DNA of 64,000 bases from Bacteroidales bacterium (lineage in GTDB: Bacteria; Bacteroidota; Bacteroidia; Bacteroidales; WCHB1-69), in contig JAFZXM010000018.1 in NCBI GenBank assembly GCA_017616775.1, positions 2,221-66,220 on the forward strand, written 5' to 3'. Position 1 is the first letter of the stretch. Each line of letters opens with the position of its first letter. A model generated the notes under the pieces. It saw nothing but the letters and a program-made list of their open reading frames with translations, was not told where the DNA came from and ran no database searches. The position numbers and the translations under genes were made by a program. This document shows positions 36,802 to 47,175 of the stretch, piece by piece.

Positions 36802-37347
36802 TTATTCATAGTATTCAATAGTACGCGAGGCGGAGCCTCTGCCGTATTCATAACCCCGGCTGCTTCTTTTTGTCCAGTTTCCGTATTTGTCCAAACCGGA
36901 ATAGGAGAGCGTTTCGTACGATATTTCACCATCCACTGTGTGTTTTATCTTTTCCACAAATCCCTGTTCGCCGTAGGTATAGGATTCCAATATTGTCATT
37001 CCTTCGGCTGCAGCCTCACTCCCTGTGGGTCTTTGGGAATCCCACAGATAAGTGACATGATTTTCATATCCTTCCATACGGACTATCCGACCTTGAGGGT
37101 CTCGGGAAAACTTAAACTCTCCACTATGTTTGGTCAGCTTTCCGTTTTGGTCAAATTCATATACCATATAGTCCTCCTGTACCTTCTTCACTGGTCCGTG
37201 AAGTTCAAAGAAGGCTAGGTCGGGAGATACTGCAGGCGATTCCGCCGCCTCTTCGTTTTCTGTTGCAATTTCTTTTGGGGAATCAGTACACGAAGTGTAA
37301 ACAAAGCACATTGTCAGTGCCGTCATAAAAAATATAATTTTCTTCAT
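36802..37347 (-). CDS. hypothetical lipoprotein (181 aa)
   Basis: Lipobox VYTSC|TD. No family recognised. Confidence 0.6.
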   Translation of the reverse strand: MKKIIFFMTALTMCFVYTSCTDSPKEIATENEEAAESPAVSPDLAFFELHGPVKKVQEDYMVYEFDQNGKLTKHSGEFKFSRDPQGRIVRMEGYENHVTYLWDSQRPTGSEAAAEGMTILESYTYGEQGFVEKIKHTVDGEISYETLSYSGLDKYGNWTKRSSRGYEYGRGSASRTIEYYE

Positions 37348-37364
37348 TTGAATACTTTATTTTA

Positions 37365-37372
37365 CAAATATA
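37365..37372 (-). promoter_or_regulatory. -7 box TATATTTG (minus strand)
   Basis: Plus-strand CAAATATA lies 18 nt upstream of the start at 37347. Confidence 0.5.
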
Positions 37373-37394
37373 AAAAACGACAATCATCTGCCGT

Positions 37395-37898
37395 TTACGG
37401 CAAATATTGCTTTAGCTGTTTCACCACTTCATCGGCATTCACGTTCAATCCGTTTACTTTTATTATCGCCGATTCATAATACGGAGCGCGTTCAGCAAGC
37501 GTTTGTTCTATATATTGAAGCAAATCGGTTTCTTGTGATAACAGCGGGCGCCGGTCTTTGGCATTTTGCAAACGGGAGAACAAGGCTTTTGCATTCATTT
37601 CCAAATACAAAGTGATGCCATGAGTGTTCATCCACTGCATATTCCGGTAAAAACAGGGAGTGCCTCCGCCTGTGGCTATCACTGCATTATCCCACTGCAG
37701 GGTTTCTTGCAACAACAAATGCTCTTGTTCCCGAAATGAAGCCTGACCGTATTGGGCAAAATAATCTCTTACAGACATGGAAAATTTTTGTTCCAACAAT
37801 TGATCCATATCCAATCCCTGATAATGCAAACGTTTGGCCAAATGCTTGAGCAAAGTGGTTTTGCCGCTGCCGGGAAAACCCACGATATAAATTCTCAT
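37395..37898 (-). CDS. aroK: shikimate kinase
   Basis: MRIYIVGFPGSGKTTLLKHLAKRL (P-loop), ATGGG, length 167 aa. Confidence 0.9.
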   Translation of the reverse strand: MRIYIVGFPGSGKTTLLKHLAKRLHYQGLDMDQLLEQKFSMSVRDYFAQYGQASFREQEHLLLQETLQWDNAVIATGGGTPCFYRNMQWMNTHGITLYLEMNAKALFSRLQNAKDRRPLLSQETDLLQYIEQTLAERAPYYESAIIKVNGLNVNADEVVKQLKQYLP

Positions 37899-39038
37899 CT
37901 ACAATGAAAACATTTGTACAGCCCGCAACAGATGTGAACTGATATATTGCAATTGCTCTTCATCCAATTCGGTATGCATGGGCAAAGAGATTACTTCGTT
38001 ACACAATTGTTCACTCACAGGGAAATCGCCTTGCCTGTAACGTTCATCCCGATAAGCCTTTTGCATATGCAACGGCACGGGATAATAAATCATAACAGGT
38101 ATTTGCTGCTGAGCCATATATTCAACCAATTTTTGCCTGTCTGTCTGTTGCAGACGCATGGTATATTGATGGAACACATGTGTGGTATTTTTACCTTTGG
38201 CAGGAATTATCAAATGCGGGTTTTCACCGAAGGCCTCGTCGTAATAGGCTGCAGCCTTTTGTCTGCTCTGAATATATTGATTCAAATATTTCAGTTTCAC
38301 ATCCAACACCGCTGCTTGCAAACTGTCCAAGCGGGAATTGACGCCCACCATGTCGTGGTAATAACGAACGAACATGCCATGATTCACTATTCCCCGCAAT
38401 TTGGCAGCCATAGCGTCATCATTGGTAAATATGGCTCCTCCGTCGCCATAGCAGCCTAAATTTTTGGAAGGGAAGAAAGAGGTGCATCCCATTATACCCA
38501 TCGTACCTGCCATTTTAGTTGCGCCATCAGCAAAAGTATATTGAGCGCCAATAGCCTGACAAGCATCTTCCACTACGTGCAGATGGTGCTTCTCCGCCAA
38601 TTGCAGCAAAGGCTCCATATCGGCACATTGACCGAACAAATGCACCGGCACCACGGCTTTTGTTTTGGCGGTAATAGCCTTTTCTACAGCCTGAATGTCT
38701 ATATTATACGTATCCGGATTCACATCCACCAATACCGGAGTCAACCTCAACAGGGCTATCACCTCTGCCGTGGCTATGAATGTGAAAGTGGTGGTGATCA
38801 CTTCATCACCCGGCTGCAAGTCCAAAGCCATTAAAGCCACTTGTATGGCTTCGGTACCGTTACCGCAAGGAATTACGTGTTTGACATGCAAATATTGCTC
38901 TAAATCGGATTGAAATTGCTTTACTGCAGGGCCGTTGATAAATGCACAACTTTCCATGATATTTTGCCATGCGGCATCAATTTCGGGTTTGATACGTTGA
39001 TATTGCGATTGCAAATCCACCATTTGAATTTTTCTCAT
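37899..39038 (-). CDS. DegT/DnrJ/EryC1/StrS family PLP-dependent sugar aminotransferase
   Basis: Family pattern FINGP.V..FE..L, GDEVITT.FTFIAT, FFPSKNLG.YGDGG. Abuts aroK with no gap. Confidence 0.9.
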   Translation of the reverse strand: MRKIQMVDLQSQYQRIKPEIDAAWQNIMESCAFINGPAVKQFQSDLEQYLHVKHVIPCGNGTEAIQVALMALDLQPGDEVITTTFTFIATAEVIALLRLTPVLVDVNPDTYNIDIQAVEKAITAKTKAVVPVHLFGQCADMEPLLQLAEKHHLHVVEDACQAIGAQYTFADGATKMAGTMGIMGCTSFFPSKNLGCYGDGGAIFTNDDAMAAKLRGIVNHGMFVRYYHDMVGVNSRLDSLQAAVLDVKLKYLNQYIQSRQKAAAYYDEAFGENPHLIIPAKGKNTTHVFHQYTMRLQQTDRQKLVEYMAQQQIPVMIYYPVPLHMQKAYRDERYRQGDFPVSEQLCNEVISLPMHTELDEEQLQYISSHLLRAVQMFSL

Positions 39039-39042
39039 ACTG

Positions 39043-39480
39043 CTATTCTTTATTTTCTAACGGTAATTTATTTGATTGTTTTTCTCCTGTGATAATAGTA
39101 TCCGGAAGAACAGTTTTTATCACTTGCTTGGAAATTTGGGCCTGTTTTTGCAGCAAACGGTTGGTGACGGCCGTTTGCATCGCTTTGGCTTGTGCCGCAT
39201 CCGAATAATAATAGTTGATATTTTCTTTTACTACGGCATAATTCACATCATGGGCGGCAAATAGTGAATTCATGGTTTCATTTACCCATCTTCTCACCGT
39301 AGTGGAAGGGTATTCCATATACAATAACCGGGCTTCCCCTTCTATAACATATATTTGATACACCACTTCCTCCACTTCGGCTTTGCTCATCAAATGAGAA
39401 GGCTTTTTAACCTTGGAATGCGAACAAGAAATGCCCGAACTTATTAACAACAGAAATAATATGACTGTATAACGGTTCAT
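39043..39480 (-). CDS. DUF4296-like lipoprotein
   Basis: Lipobox GISC|SH. MSKAEVEEVVYQIYVIEGEARL resembles DUF4296. Its start overlaps the upstream stop by 1 nt. Confidence 0.6.
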   Translation of the reverse strand: MNRYTVILFLLLISSGISCSHSKVKKPSHLMSKAEVEEVVYQIYVIEGEARLLYMEYPSTTVRRWVNETMNSLFAAHDVNYAVVKENINYYYSDAAQAKAMQTAVTNRLLQKQAQISKQVIKTVLPDTIITGEKQSNKLPLENKE

Positions 39481-40844
39481 TATCGATTAAATTTCAATTC
39501 CATGGCAAGCGAATTATCCGCAAATTGCCCTTTATCATACACTTTCACCCCGTTGACAAATGTGGCTGTTACGCTTGCCGGAAACGATTTTCCTTCCAAC
39601 GGAGACCATTTGCATTTATAATATATATTGTTTTTGTTCACTTCCACGGCAGCGTCCATATCCACCAATATCATATCCGCATAGTAACCTTCCCTGATAT
39701 AGCCTCGCTTATCCACATGATAAATGTCGGCAGGATGATGAGCCGTAAGAGCTGCCAATTGCTCTATTGAAAGAATCCCTTGCTTAACCATTTTTAACAA
39801 TATCAACATGCTGTGCTGCACCATAGGCATGCCCGAAGGGCATGAGAAATAGGGCTGCTGTTTTTCTGCCCACAGATGCGGAGCATGATCCGACCCGACA
39901 GTACTCACCGCACCCATGGCCGCTGCTTGTATCAGGGATAGTTTGTCTCCGGCTGTTTTTATAGCAGGATTGCATTTGATTTTACTGCCAAATTCCTGAT
40001 AATCCTCATCACAAAAATACAGATATGAAGGGCACACTTCAAAGGTGATGTTGTCGCATGCCGCCTTTTGCAGCAGCTGCAATTCATTTGCGGTGCTCAC
40101 ATGCAATATATGCATCTGTGAATGATATTTGCGGGCTTTGTCTATCATTTTGGACGTAGCCGCCACACAAGCCTCCCGGCTGCGAATGACACTGTGACAT
40201 TGAATGGGCACATTCTCCCCGTAACGGATTTTATATGCCTGCATGTTGGATTGTATCATGGATTCGTCTTCGGCATGAACAGCCAAAGGAAGCCCTTCCG
40301 TTGACAACACCTGTTCCAATACAGTATCGTTGCTGATAAGCAAATTACCGGTGGACGACCCGATAAACAATTTCACGCCGCACACGCGGCTTTTATCTAT
40401 TTTTTGTATTTCGGAAATATTCCCGTCGGTGGCAGCCAAATAAAAGGAATAATTGCACTGCATATTGCGATGCCCCATTTCAAACCGCTCTTCCAACAAG
40501 GCATTGGTAACGGTGGGCGGATTTACATTAGGCATATCCATAACAGAAGTAACTCCACCGGCTAACGCTGCTCTGCTTTCGGAATACATATCGGCTTTAT
40601 GCGTGGCGCCGGGTTGCCTGAAATGCACATGTGCATCTATCATTCCCGGCATAAGATATTGTCCGTGAGCATCTATTACCGGCACTTGTGACAGAATAGG
40701 CAAGCTATCCAAAGACTCTGAGGCTGCATATATGCCTTCTATCATTCCGTTATGCACATATACATGACATTGACTTACACAGCCCTCATTAACTACTTTT
40801 GCATTGCAAATAATATAATTATTATTCAACAAACTAACGCTCAT
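39480..40844 (-). CDS. pyrC: dihydroorotase (cyclic amidohydrolase family)
   Basis: PGMIDAHVHFRQPG metal-binding HxH, VKLF carbamylated-Lys context, and VGSDHAPH near the C-terminus. Confidence 0.8.
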   Translation of the reverse strand: MSVSLLNNNYIICNAKVVNEGCVSQCHVYVHNGMIEGIYAASESLDSLPILSQVPVIDAHGQYLMPGMIDAHVHFRQPGATHKADMYSESRAALAGGVTSVMDMPNVNPPTVTNALLEERFEMGHRNMQCNYSFYLAATDGNISEIQKIDKSRVCGVKLFIGSSTGNLLISNDTVLEQVLSTEGLPLAVHAEDESMIQSNMQAYKIRYGENVPIQCHSVIRSREACVAATSKMIDKARKYHSQMHILHVSTANELQLLQKAACDNITFEVCPSYLYFCDEDYQEFGSKIKCNPAIKTAGDKLSLIQAAAMGAVSTVGSDHAPHLWAEKQQPYFSCPSGMPMVQHSMLILLKMVKQGILSIEQLAALTAHHPADIYHVDKRGYIREGYYADMILVDMDAAVEVNKNNIYYKCKWSPLEGKSFPASVTATFVNGVKVYDKGQFADNSLAMELKFNR

Positions 40845-40861
40845 ATTATTCGTTTAAAAAG

Positions 40862-40869
40862 CAAAAGTA
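40862..40869 (-). promoter_or_regulatory. -7 box TACTTTTG (minus strand)
   Basis: Plus-strand CAAAAGTA lies 18 nt upstream of the start at 40844. It heads the pyrC-DUF4296-degT-aroK operon. Confidence 0.5.
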
Positions 40870-40941
40870 GCACTTTTTTCAACAACAGATATTAAATTAT
40901 AATTAAAATATGCTCAAAAAAATACTTTAAATAAAAAATGC

Positions 40942-40949
40942 TACCTTTG
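40942..40949 (+). promoter_or_regulatory. -7 box TACCTTTG for mazG
   Basis: Lies 29 nt upstream of the ATG at 40978. Confidence 0.55.
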
Positions 40950-40977
40950 CGAATTAAAGCAATATTTAGTTTATACA

Positions 40978-41766
40978 ATGGATACTTCGGAAAACAAAAA
41001 TCACCAAGCCATAGACCGTTTATTGAATATCATGTCGGAGCTGAGGCTGAAATGTCCTTGGGATAAAAAACAGACTATGGAATCTTTGCGATGCAATACC
41101 ATAGAGGAAGTGTATGAACTTGCCGACGCTGTAATGGACGGCAATATGGATGAAATTCGCAAAGAATTGGGAGACATACTATTACATGTTGTTTTTTATT
41201 GCAAAATAGGAGAAGAACAAGGAAAATTCAACTTTGCTGATGTGGCCAACGGCTTATGCGAAAAACTTATTGTCCGTCACCCACATGTATTTGGCAATGT
41301 GAATGCCGAAACAGATGAAGATGTGAAGGTGAATTGGGAAAAAATCAAGCTCCAGTCAAAAGAAGGACGCAAAAGCGTATTGGAAGGAGTGCCTGATTCT
41401 TTACCGGCCATGATAAAAGCCTATCGCATTCAAGATAAAGTGCACGGAGTGAATTTCGACTGGCAAAATCCACAAGATGTATTGAACAAAGTAAAAGAAG
41501 AGATAGCGGAATTTGAACACGAGCAGCAGGAGCAAAACCAAGAAAAAATGGAAAACGAATTGGGCGATGTGCTGTTTTCCGTTATCAACTACGCCCGTTT
41601 TATGCACATCAATCCTGAAAATGCCTTAGAAAAAACCAACCGCAAATTCATCCGCCGTTTTCAACGCATGGAACAAGCCATTGCCAAGGATAACAAAGAC
41701 ATTACCGACATGCAACTGAACGAAATGGATATCTATTGGAATCAAATAAAAGAAGATGAAAAATAA
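40978..41766 (+). CDS. mazG: nucleoside triphosphate pyrophosphohydrolase MazG
   Basis: CPWDKKQT..SL...IEEVYELADA, ELGDILLHVVFY, and a second EExxE/D repeat ELGDVLFSVINYARF. Confidence 0.92.
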   Translation: MDTSENKNHQAIDRLLNIMSELRLKCPWDKKQTMESLRCNTIEEVYELADAVMDGNMDEIRKELGDILLHVVFYCKIGEEQGKFNFADVANGLCEKLIVRHPHVFGNVNAETDEDVKVNWEKIKLQSKEGRKSVLEGVPDSLPAMIKAYRIQDKVHGVNFDWQNPQDVLNKVKEEIAEFEHEQQEQNQEKMENELGDVLFSVINYARFMHINPENALEKTNRKFIRRFQRMEQAIAKDNKDITDMQLNEMDIYWNQIKEDEK

Positions 41767-43657
41767 AATAATACGAAAATTCATTCCCAATCAACCCGTA
41801 TCTGCAGGGTGGGTGCTTATGCTGGACATCATAATAGTCTTTATTGCGACATTCATCGCTTTGCTTTCCCGCATGAATTTTCGCAATCCCGCCACTTTTT
41901 ACACCTCTCAGATGATTACCATATTTGCCACCGTTCTGTCGGTGAGGGTGATATTGTTTTTCACATTCCGCACTTACACCAGTCTGCTGCGATATACCAG
42001 CACCAAAGATGTTTTGAAACTCTTCTATGTCAATCTTTTGGGAACTGTCATTATCGCTATTGCCAACATTATTTGCTCTATTTGTATCCACCGGTATATT
42101 GTTCCTTTTTCCATAGTCGGATTAGAATTCATTATCACCACGTTTTTGCAAATTTTTTATCGTTTGTTCGTTCAAGCCATTTACAGCGATAAAAACAAAC
42201 AGCTCAAAATACGAAAAAATATACTCATCTACGGTGCCGGCGAATTGGGTTTAATTACATTAAACTCTCTGAACAGAGACAATACCCACAAATATTCCGT
42301 AACAGGCTTTGTGGATGACGACCCCAAAAAGATAGGGAAAACCATGGAGCAGCTGCCCATATACTCCGTTGAAACGCTTAATGAAATATTCGACAGCAAA
42401 AACATTGCCTTCATGGTGATAGCCATTGAAAAACTCAGCAGTGCCAAACGCGCTGTGATGGCAGACTTATGTATGGAGCACAATGTCAAGATATTGATGG
42501 TTCCACCCATAGAACGGTGGATAAACGGTGAATTAAGTTTCAAACAAATAAAAAAAATACGTATAGAAGATTTATTGGGCAGAGATCCTATACAAATGAG
42601 CAACAGCCATGTACAAAAAGATTTGATAGACAAAACCATACTCATCACCGGCGCTGCAGGCAGCATAGGCAGTGAAATTGTACGTCAAATCATCAAATAC
42701 AATGTAAAACAATTGGTGTTGGTGGATAATGCCGAATCTCCCATGTATTTTTTGGAATTGGAACTGCTCAACTCCCATACCGACAACCCTTATATCACTT
42801 ATATAGGCGATATATGCCAAAAAAATTATATGGAACATATTTTCAGCACCTATCACCCCGATATAGTTTATCATGCTGCCGCCTCTAAACATGTTCCGCT
42901 GATGGAAAAAAACCCTTACCAGGCCGTCAAAGTCAATATTGCAGGCACCAAAAATTTGGCCGACCTCAGTATTAAATACCATGTACAGAAATTTATCATG
43001 ATATCCACCGACAAAGCCGTTAACCCCACCAGTGTGATGGGGGCGTCCAAACGTATAGCCGAAATTTATGTGCAATCATTGGGCAAAGCTCACCCCCAAT
43101 GCAAATTTATCACCACACGATTCGGCAATGTGCTGGGATCCAACGGATCGCTTATCCCTATATTAAAACAACAAATAGAACAGGGAGGCCCTGTCACCAT
43201 TACCCACCCGGAAGTCACCCGTTTTTTTATGACCATACCGGAAGCGTGTGAATTGGTATTGCAAGCGGGATGCATGGGTGATGGCGGAGAAATTTATATT
43301 TTCGACATGGGCAAAAGCATTAAAATATATGATTTGGCCAAAAAGATGATATCCTTGTCCGGTTTGGAACTCGGTAAAGACATACAAATTGTGTTCACAG
43401 GCTTGCGCCCGGGCGAAAAATTATACGAAGAGCTGCTCGCCAACGAGGAAAATACCACCTCCACACAATACGATAAAATCAGAATAGCCAAAGTCCGCAC
43501 CTATGATTTTGACACTATCTGTCAAAAAACAGACCTGCTGATTGCTTCATTGGACCATGCCGATGACATGGAATTGGTAAAACAAATGAAACAATTAGTA
43601 CCCGAATTCAAAAGCCAAAATTCAAAATACATGTGTATAGATGAAGAAAATCAATAA
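41756..43657 (+). CDS. polysaccharide biosynthesis protein, membrane-anchored NDP-sugar 4,6-dehydratase/epimerase (CapD/WbpM/PglF family)
   Basis: Four N-terminal TM helices. Rossmann motif ITGAAGSIGSE. YHAAASKHVPLME, STDKAVNPTSVMGASKR. Overlaps mazG by 11 nt. Confidence 0.9.
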   Translation: MKNKIIRKFIPNQPVSAGWVLMLDIIIVFIATFIALLSRMNFRNPATFYTSQMITIFATVLSVRVILFFTFRTYTSLLRYTSTKDVLKLFYVNLLGTVIIAIANIICSICIHRYIVPFSIVGLEFIITTFLQIFYRLFVQAIYSDKNKQLKIRKNILIYGAGELGLITLNSLNRDNTHKYSVTGFVDDDPKKIGKTMEQLPIYSVETLNEIFDSKNIAFMVIAIEKLSSAKRAVMADLCMEHNVKILMVPPIERWINGELSFKQIKKIRIEDLLGRDPIQMSNSHVQKDLIDKTILITGAAGSIGSEIVRQIIKYNVKQLVLVDNAESPMYFLELELLNSHTDNPYITYIGDICQKNYMEHIFSTYHPDIVYHAAASKHVPLMEKNPYQAVKVNIAGTKNLADLSIKYHVQKFIMISTDKAVNPTSVMGASKRIAEIYVQSLGKAHPQCKFITTRFGNVLGSNGSLIPILKQQIEQGGPVTITHPEVTRFFMTIPEACELVLQAGCMGDGGEIYIFDMGKSIKIYDLAKKMISLSGLELGKDIQIVFTGLRPGEKLYEELLANEENTTSTQYDKIRIAKVRTYDFDTICQKTDLLIASLDHADDMELVKQMKQLVPEFKSQNSKYMCIDEENQ

Positions 43658-43712
43658 TTTTTATTTCATCATATCCTCATATAAAACATGGACATCATAA
43701 CAAAAAAAATGT

Positions 43713-43720
43713 TATCTTTG
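43713..43720 (+). promoter_or_regulatory. -7 box TATCTTTG for ftsX-DUF3098-uppP
   Basis: Lies 24 nt upstream of the ATG at 43744. Confidence 0.55.
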
Positions 43721-43743
43721 CACTTATATAAATATAATGGAAT

Positions 43744-44622
43744 ATGGCTGTTCAGCTTGACAAAATCACAAAATACAGATTAGCATCATCCAAAGTATCA
43801 ACGGTTTTCAGCATTGCCTTGGTGCTTATAATGATAGGCTTGTTAGGAATAGTGCTCATCAATGCCAAACAAATTTCGGATAAAGTACGTGAAAACATAG
43901 GGTTTGAAGTAATGCTCACTTCCGACATCACAGAAGGTCAGATAACCAAACTTCAACAACAAATAGAGAAAAAGCCCTACGTCAAATCGGTGATATTTGT
44001 ATCCAAAGAGGCATCAACACAAGAAATGATAGACATGCTCGGTCATGATTTCCGGGACATTGTGGGTGATATTATTCCTCCTTCGTTTCAACTAAAAATC
44101 AATGCGGACTACACCGGCATAGACAGTTTGCTGATGATAGAGAAAGAGTTGAACTTATTGGAAAATGTCAGCGATGTAAACTATCAAAAAAGTTATGTAA
44201 ACAATATCAATGAGAATTTAAACAGCATCAGTCTTATTTTGCTCATTATCAGCGGAGTGCTGCTTATTATTGCCATTGCGCTCATTGGCAACACCATTCG
44301 TTTGGCCATTTATTCCAAACGATTTATCATCAAAAGCATGCTTTTGGTGGGTGCCAAACGCAGCACCATATACAGTCCTTTTATTTTCAGCGGCATTATG
44401 CAGGGATTGTGGGGGGCCATTTTGGCCATCATCACCCTGTCGGGATTGTTGTATCTTGCATACACCCGCTCCGGCATGGAAATCATCAGCTTTGACAATC
44501 CGAATTATTACGCCATATTGTTTGGAATATTGCTCTGCGCAGGTATATTCATCACATGGATGGCTACATGGGTATCGGTACACAAATACATTAAAATGAA
44601 AATAGACAAATTATACATATAA
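43744..44622 (+). CDS. ftsX: cell division protein FtsX-like permease
   Basis: N-terminal TM helix, periplasmic domain, three C-terminal TM helices. Conserved synteny with DUF3098 and uppP. Confidence 0.8.
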   Translation: MAVQLDKITKYRLASSKVSTVFSIALVLIMIGLLGIVLINAKQISDKVRENIGFEVMLTSDITEGQITKLQQQIEKKPYVKSVIFVSKEASTQEMIDMLGHDFRDIVGDIIPPSFQLKINADYTGIDSLLMIEKELNLLENVSDVNYQKSYVNNINENLNSISLILLIISGVLLIIAIALIGNTIRLAIYSKRFIIKSMLLVGAKRSTIYSPFIFSGIMQGLWGAILAIITLSGLLYLAYTRSGMEIISFDNPNYYAILFGILLCAGIFITWMATWVSVHKYIKMKIDKLYI

Positions 44623-44630
44623 TCATTATT

Positions 44631-44930
44631 ATGGCAAAAACAAACACAAGCATTCCCAAAAAGAACAATACAAAAAAAGAAATAGAATGGGCTCCCGGCA
44701 TGCCTTTCGGCAAAATTAACTACATATTGATGCTGACAGGTATTGTCGTGCTTTTGATCGGATACATTTTATTATCCGGCGGCGGCACTGATGACCCTTC
44801 CCAATTCAGCCCTGCCATTTTTGACACCCGCCGCCTAGTGATAGCGCCCATCACTTTGGTAGTCGGATTTGCAATAGAATTCATTGCTATCATGCTGAAA
44901 TTCAACTGTCATTCCCGCACCGACGAATAA
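44631..44930 (+). CDS. DUF3098 family membrane protein
   Basis: FGKINYILMLTGIVVLLIGYILLSGGG...FDTRRLVIAP pattern. Conserved position between ftsX and uppP. Confidence 0.7.
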   Translation: MAKTNTSIPKKNNTKKEIEWAPGMPFGKINYILMLTGIVVLLIGYILLSGGGTDDPSQFSPAIFDTRRLVIAPITLVVGFAIEFIAIMLKFNCHSRTDE

Positions 44931-44933
44931 GCC

Positions 44934-45728
44934 ATGTCGTACTTACAAGCCATCATTCTCGGCATTATTCAAGGATTGACAGAATTCCTTCCTGTGAGCA
45001 GTAGCGGACATTTGGCTATTGCCAATTATTTGTTTGACATGCACGACGGTGCTGAAAATTTAAGTTTTACCGTTGTGCTGCATATAGCCACCATATTAAG
45101 CACTTTGCTGGCTTTGCGAACAGAAGTGTTCAATTTATGCAAAGGGATATGCCGATTTCAATGGAATGAAGAAATGAAATACGCATGTAAGATAGGTATT
45201 TCCATGATTCCTATTTTTATAGTGGGCATGTTTTTCAAAGAGCAGGTGGAAAATATATTCGGAAGCGGCCTGCTTATTGTAGGTATTTGCCTGTATATCA
45301 CCGCCGCTTTATTATTTTTTGCCTACACGGCCAAGCCCCGCAACAAAGAAACCATAGGTTGGGCGGATGCCTTCATTATAGGAATAGCACAAGCCATAGC
45401 CGTGTTGCCGGGGCTGTCCCGTTCCGGCTCCACCATTGCCACAGGATTAATATTAGGCAATAAAAAAGAATCCGTAGCCAAATTTTCATTCTTAATGGTC
45501 ATTATCCCCATATTGGGAGAAGCCTTATTGGACAGTAAAGACCTTTTGACTTTAAACGGCAGCGGCACCCATTGGAGCGTGCTGACTACAGGATTCTTCA
45601 CCGCCTTTATTGTAGGCTATTTAGCATGTAAATGGATGATAGACATAGTAAAAAAAGGAAAACTCATTTATTTTGCCGTCTATTGTACATTAGCCGCCAC
45701 TTTGTCAATTCTGCTTTTTTGCCTATAG
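44934..45728 (+). CDS. uppP: undecaprenyl-diphosphate phosphatase
   Basis: [21 protein letters not shown] and [14 protein letters not shown] signature motifs. Confidence 0.95.
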   Translation: MSYLQAIILGIIQGLTEFLPVSSSGHLAIANYLFDMHDGAENLSFTVVLHIATILSTLLALRTEVFNLCKGICRFQWNEEMKYACKIGISMIPIFIVGMFFKEQVENIFGSGLLIVGICLYITAALLFFAYTAKPRNKETIGWADAFIIGIAQAIAVLPGLSRSGSTIATGLILGNKKESVAKFSFLMVIIPILGEALLDSKDLLTLNGSGTHWSVLTTGFFTAFIVGYLACKWMIDIVKKGKLIYFAVYCTLAATLSILLFCL

Positions 45729-45758
45729 GTGATTTTGCCGTCCGAAGCGGCAGAAGAG

Positions 45759-47057
45759 TTATTCCGCAATTCTATGCCTGATATAAGTGCGTGCTCTGAG
45801 AGCATAGAATAAAATCATCAGCACATTGACTATTATTGTCACTGCCGCCACGCCATAATAGCCGTAATATATCACCGCATATCTGTTGAGTATCACACCG
45901 GCTACACCACTGACGGTAGCCACTGCCAAATTGATATATGTTTTTTCAAAATACACCATATAATATTGATACAACAGCATTAACGAAGCCGCTATTTGAC
46001 CTGCACATGCCAAAGGCAACACATACAGCATATTTTTATATTCCATAGGAATAATATTGATCCTGACAAATATCCACACCATGACAAATATACATAAGGA
46101 AAGTGCCGTAAATGCCAAGGATATCACTTTTGCCACCCTGTTGGTTTTACGCCTCAACACTGTCAAATCCTTTTCTTTCATCATCAGCGGCAGCCATATG
46201 TTTTGAAACGAGTTAAACACCACCGGCAAGATGGTGGCAAATTGTACTGCTTTGAAATACACGGCAAATTCTTTCATGCCGCAATATTGCTGCACAAAAT
46301 ATTTGTCGGCAAAGTTAATCAACAGGCAGGCGATGGCCGTCAGCATGATGGGCATACCTATTTTGACAGCTCTCCACATCATGTCAAACGAAAAAACACA
46401 TTTGATTTCTCTCCAATAGTAACGAAAAAAATACAAAGTGACCAGCATTTCGCTCACATAAGTAAACGCCAGACGCAATTCCACTTTATCTCCCTTAAGG
46501 AACAACAATGCGGCAAATACACATATATTCACCAACAGACACCGGCCTATATTATAGCGTTGTATTTTGGATATTTTTTCCGAAGTGACAAAAAACATGG
46601 TCAGCAAAGTGTTATATATCATTGATATCATTGCCAATAGGATATAAAATCTATATCTGTCGTAAGCAATGGGCTCGTTGACCAAAAAATCAAAAAGATG
46701 ATAATCCCACTTAAAGCCATATATCACACCGAACACCAACAATAAAAACGACACCAATGTGGTGTGTATGGTAAACAAGAGCTTGCCTTTTTCTTCTATT
46801 TCGGAATACGAATGATACATTTTTGTAAGGCTGACATACAGACCCAAATTCAATGTAGGCGCCACGGCAAAAGCAAAAGCATATAAATAATCGTAGGTTC
46901 CCACCTCTTCCCTTGTCATGATATGCAGGAAAACGGGAATGAGCAAAAAATTGACACCGCGAACCACCACATCCACCGAGAACACTTTGGCAAAGCGTTC
47001 CACCATCAGATTGTTCTTGATATACCTATTATATAATTCGCGCAAACGTGTGTTCAA
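45759..47057 (-). CDS. polysaccharide/oligosaccharide flippase-like membrane protein (MOP/Wzx-like)
   Basis: About 12 predicted TM helices, size 432 aa. The annotated start is TTG at 47057; the first ATG is 17 codons downstream at 47006. Confidence 0.55.
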   Translation of the reverse strand: MNTRLRELYNRYIKNNLMVERFAKVFSVDVVVRGVNFLLIPVFLHIMTREEVGTYDYLYAFAFAVAPTLNLGLYVSLTKMYHSYSEIEEKGKLLFTIHTTLVSFLLLVFGVIYGFKWDYHLFDFLVNEPIAYDRYRFYILLAMISMIYNTLLTMFFVTSEKISKIQRYNIGRCLLVNICVFAALLFLKGDKVELRLAFTYVSEMLVTLYFFRYYWREIKCVFSFDMMWRAVKIGMPIMLTAIACLLINFADKYFVQQYCGMKEFAVYFKAVQFATILPVVFNSFQNIWLPLMMKEKDLTVLRRKTNRVAKVISLAFTALSLCIFVMVWIFVRINIIPMEYKNMLYVLPLACAGQIAASLMLLYQYYMVYFEKTYINLAVATVSGVAGVILNRYAVIYYGYYGVAAVTIIVNVLMILFYALRARTYIRHRIAE

Positions 47058-47089
47058 TGTAATCCGTAAAATTGATTGTACTCAAATTG

Positions 47090-47097
47090 CAAAGATA
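47090..47097 (-). promoter_or_regulatory. -7 box TATCTTTG (minus strand)
   Basis: Plus-strand CAAAGATA lies 33 nt upstream of 47057. Confidence 0.5.
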
Positions 47098-47128
47098 GTT
47101 ATTTTATAGATAGCAAAACGGACAGCAC

Positions 47129-47162
47129 AAAAAAAAAGCGTGCGGATTCGCACGCTTTTTTT
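47129..47162 (-). terminator. rho-independent terminator of the POT transporter gene
   Basis: 8-bp stem agcgtgcg (47137-44) / cgcacgct (47149-56), loop gatt, flanked by an A9 run and a T7 run. Confidence 0.8.
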
Positions 47163-47175
47163 AATCTCTTTACTG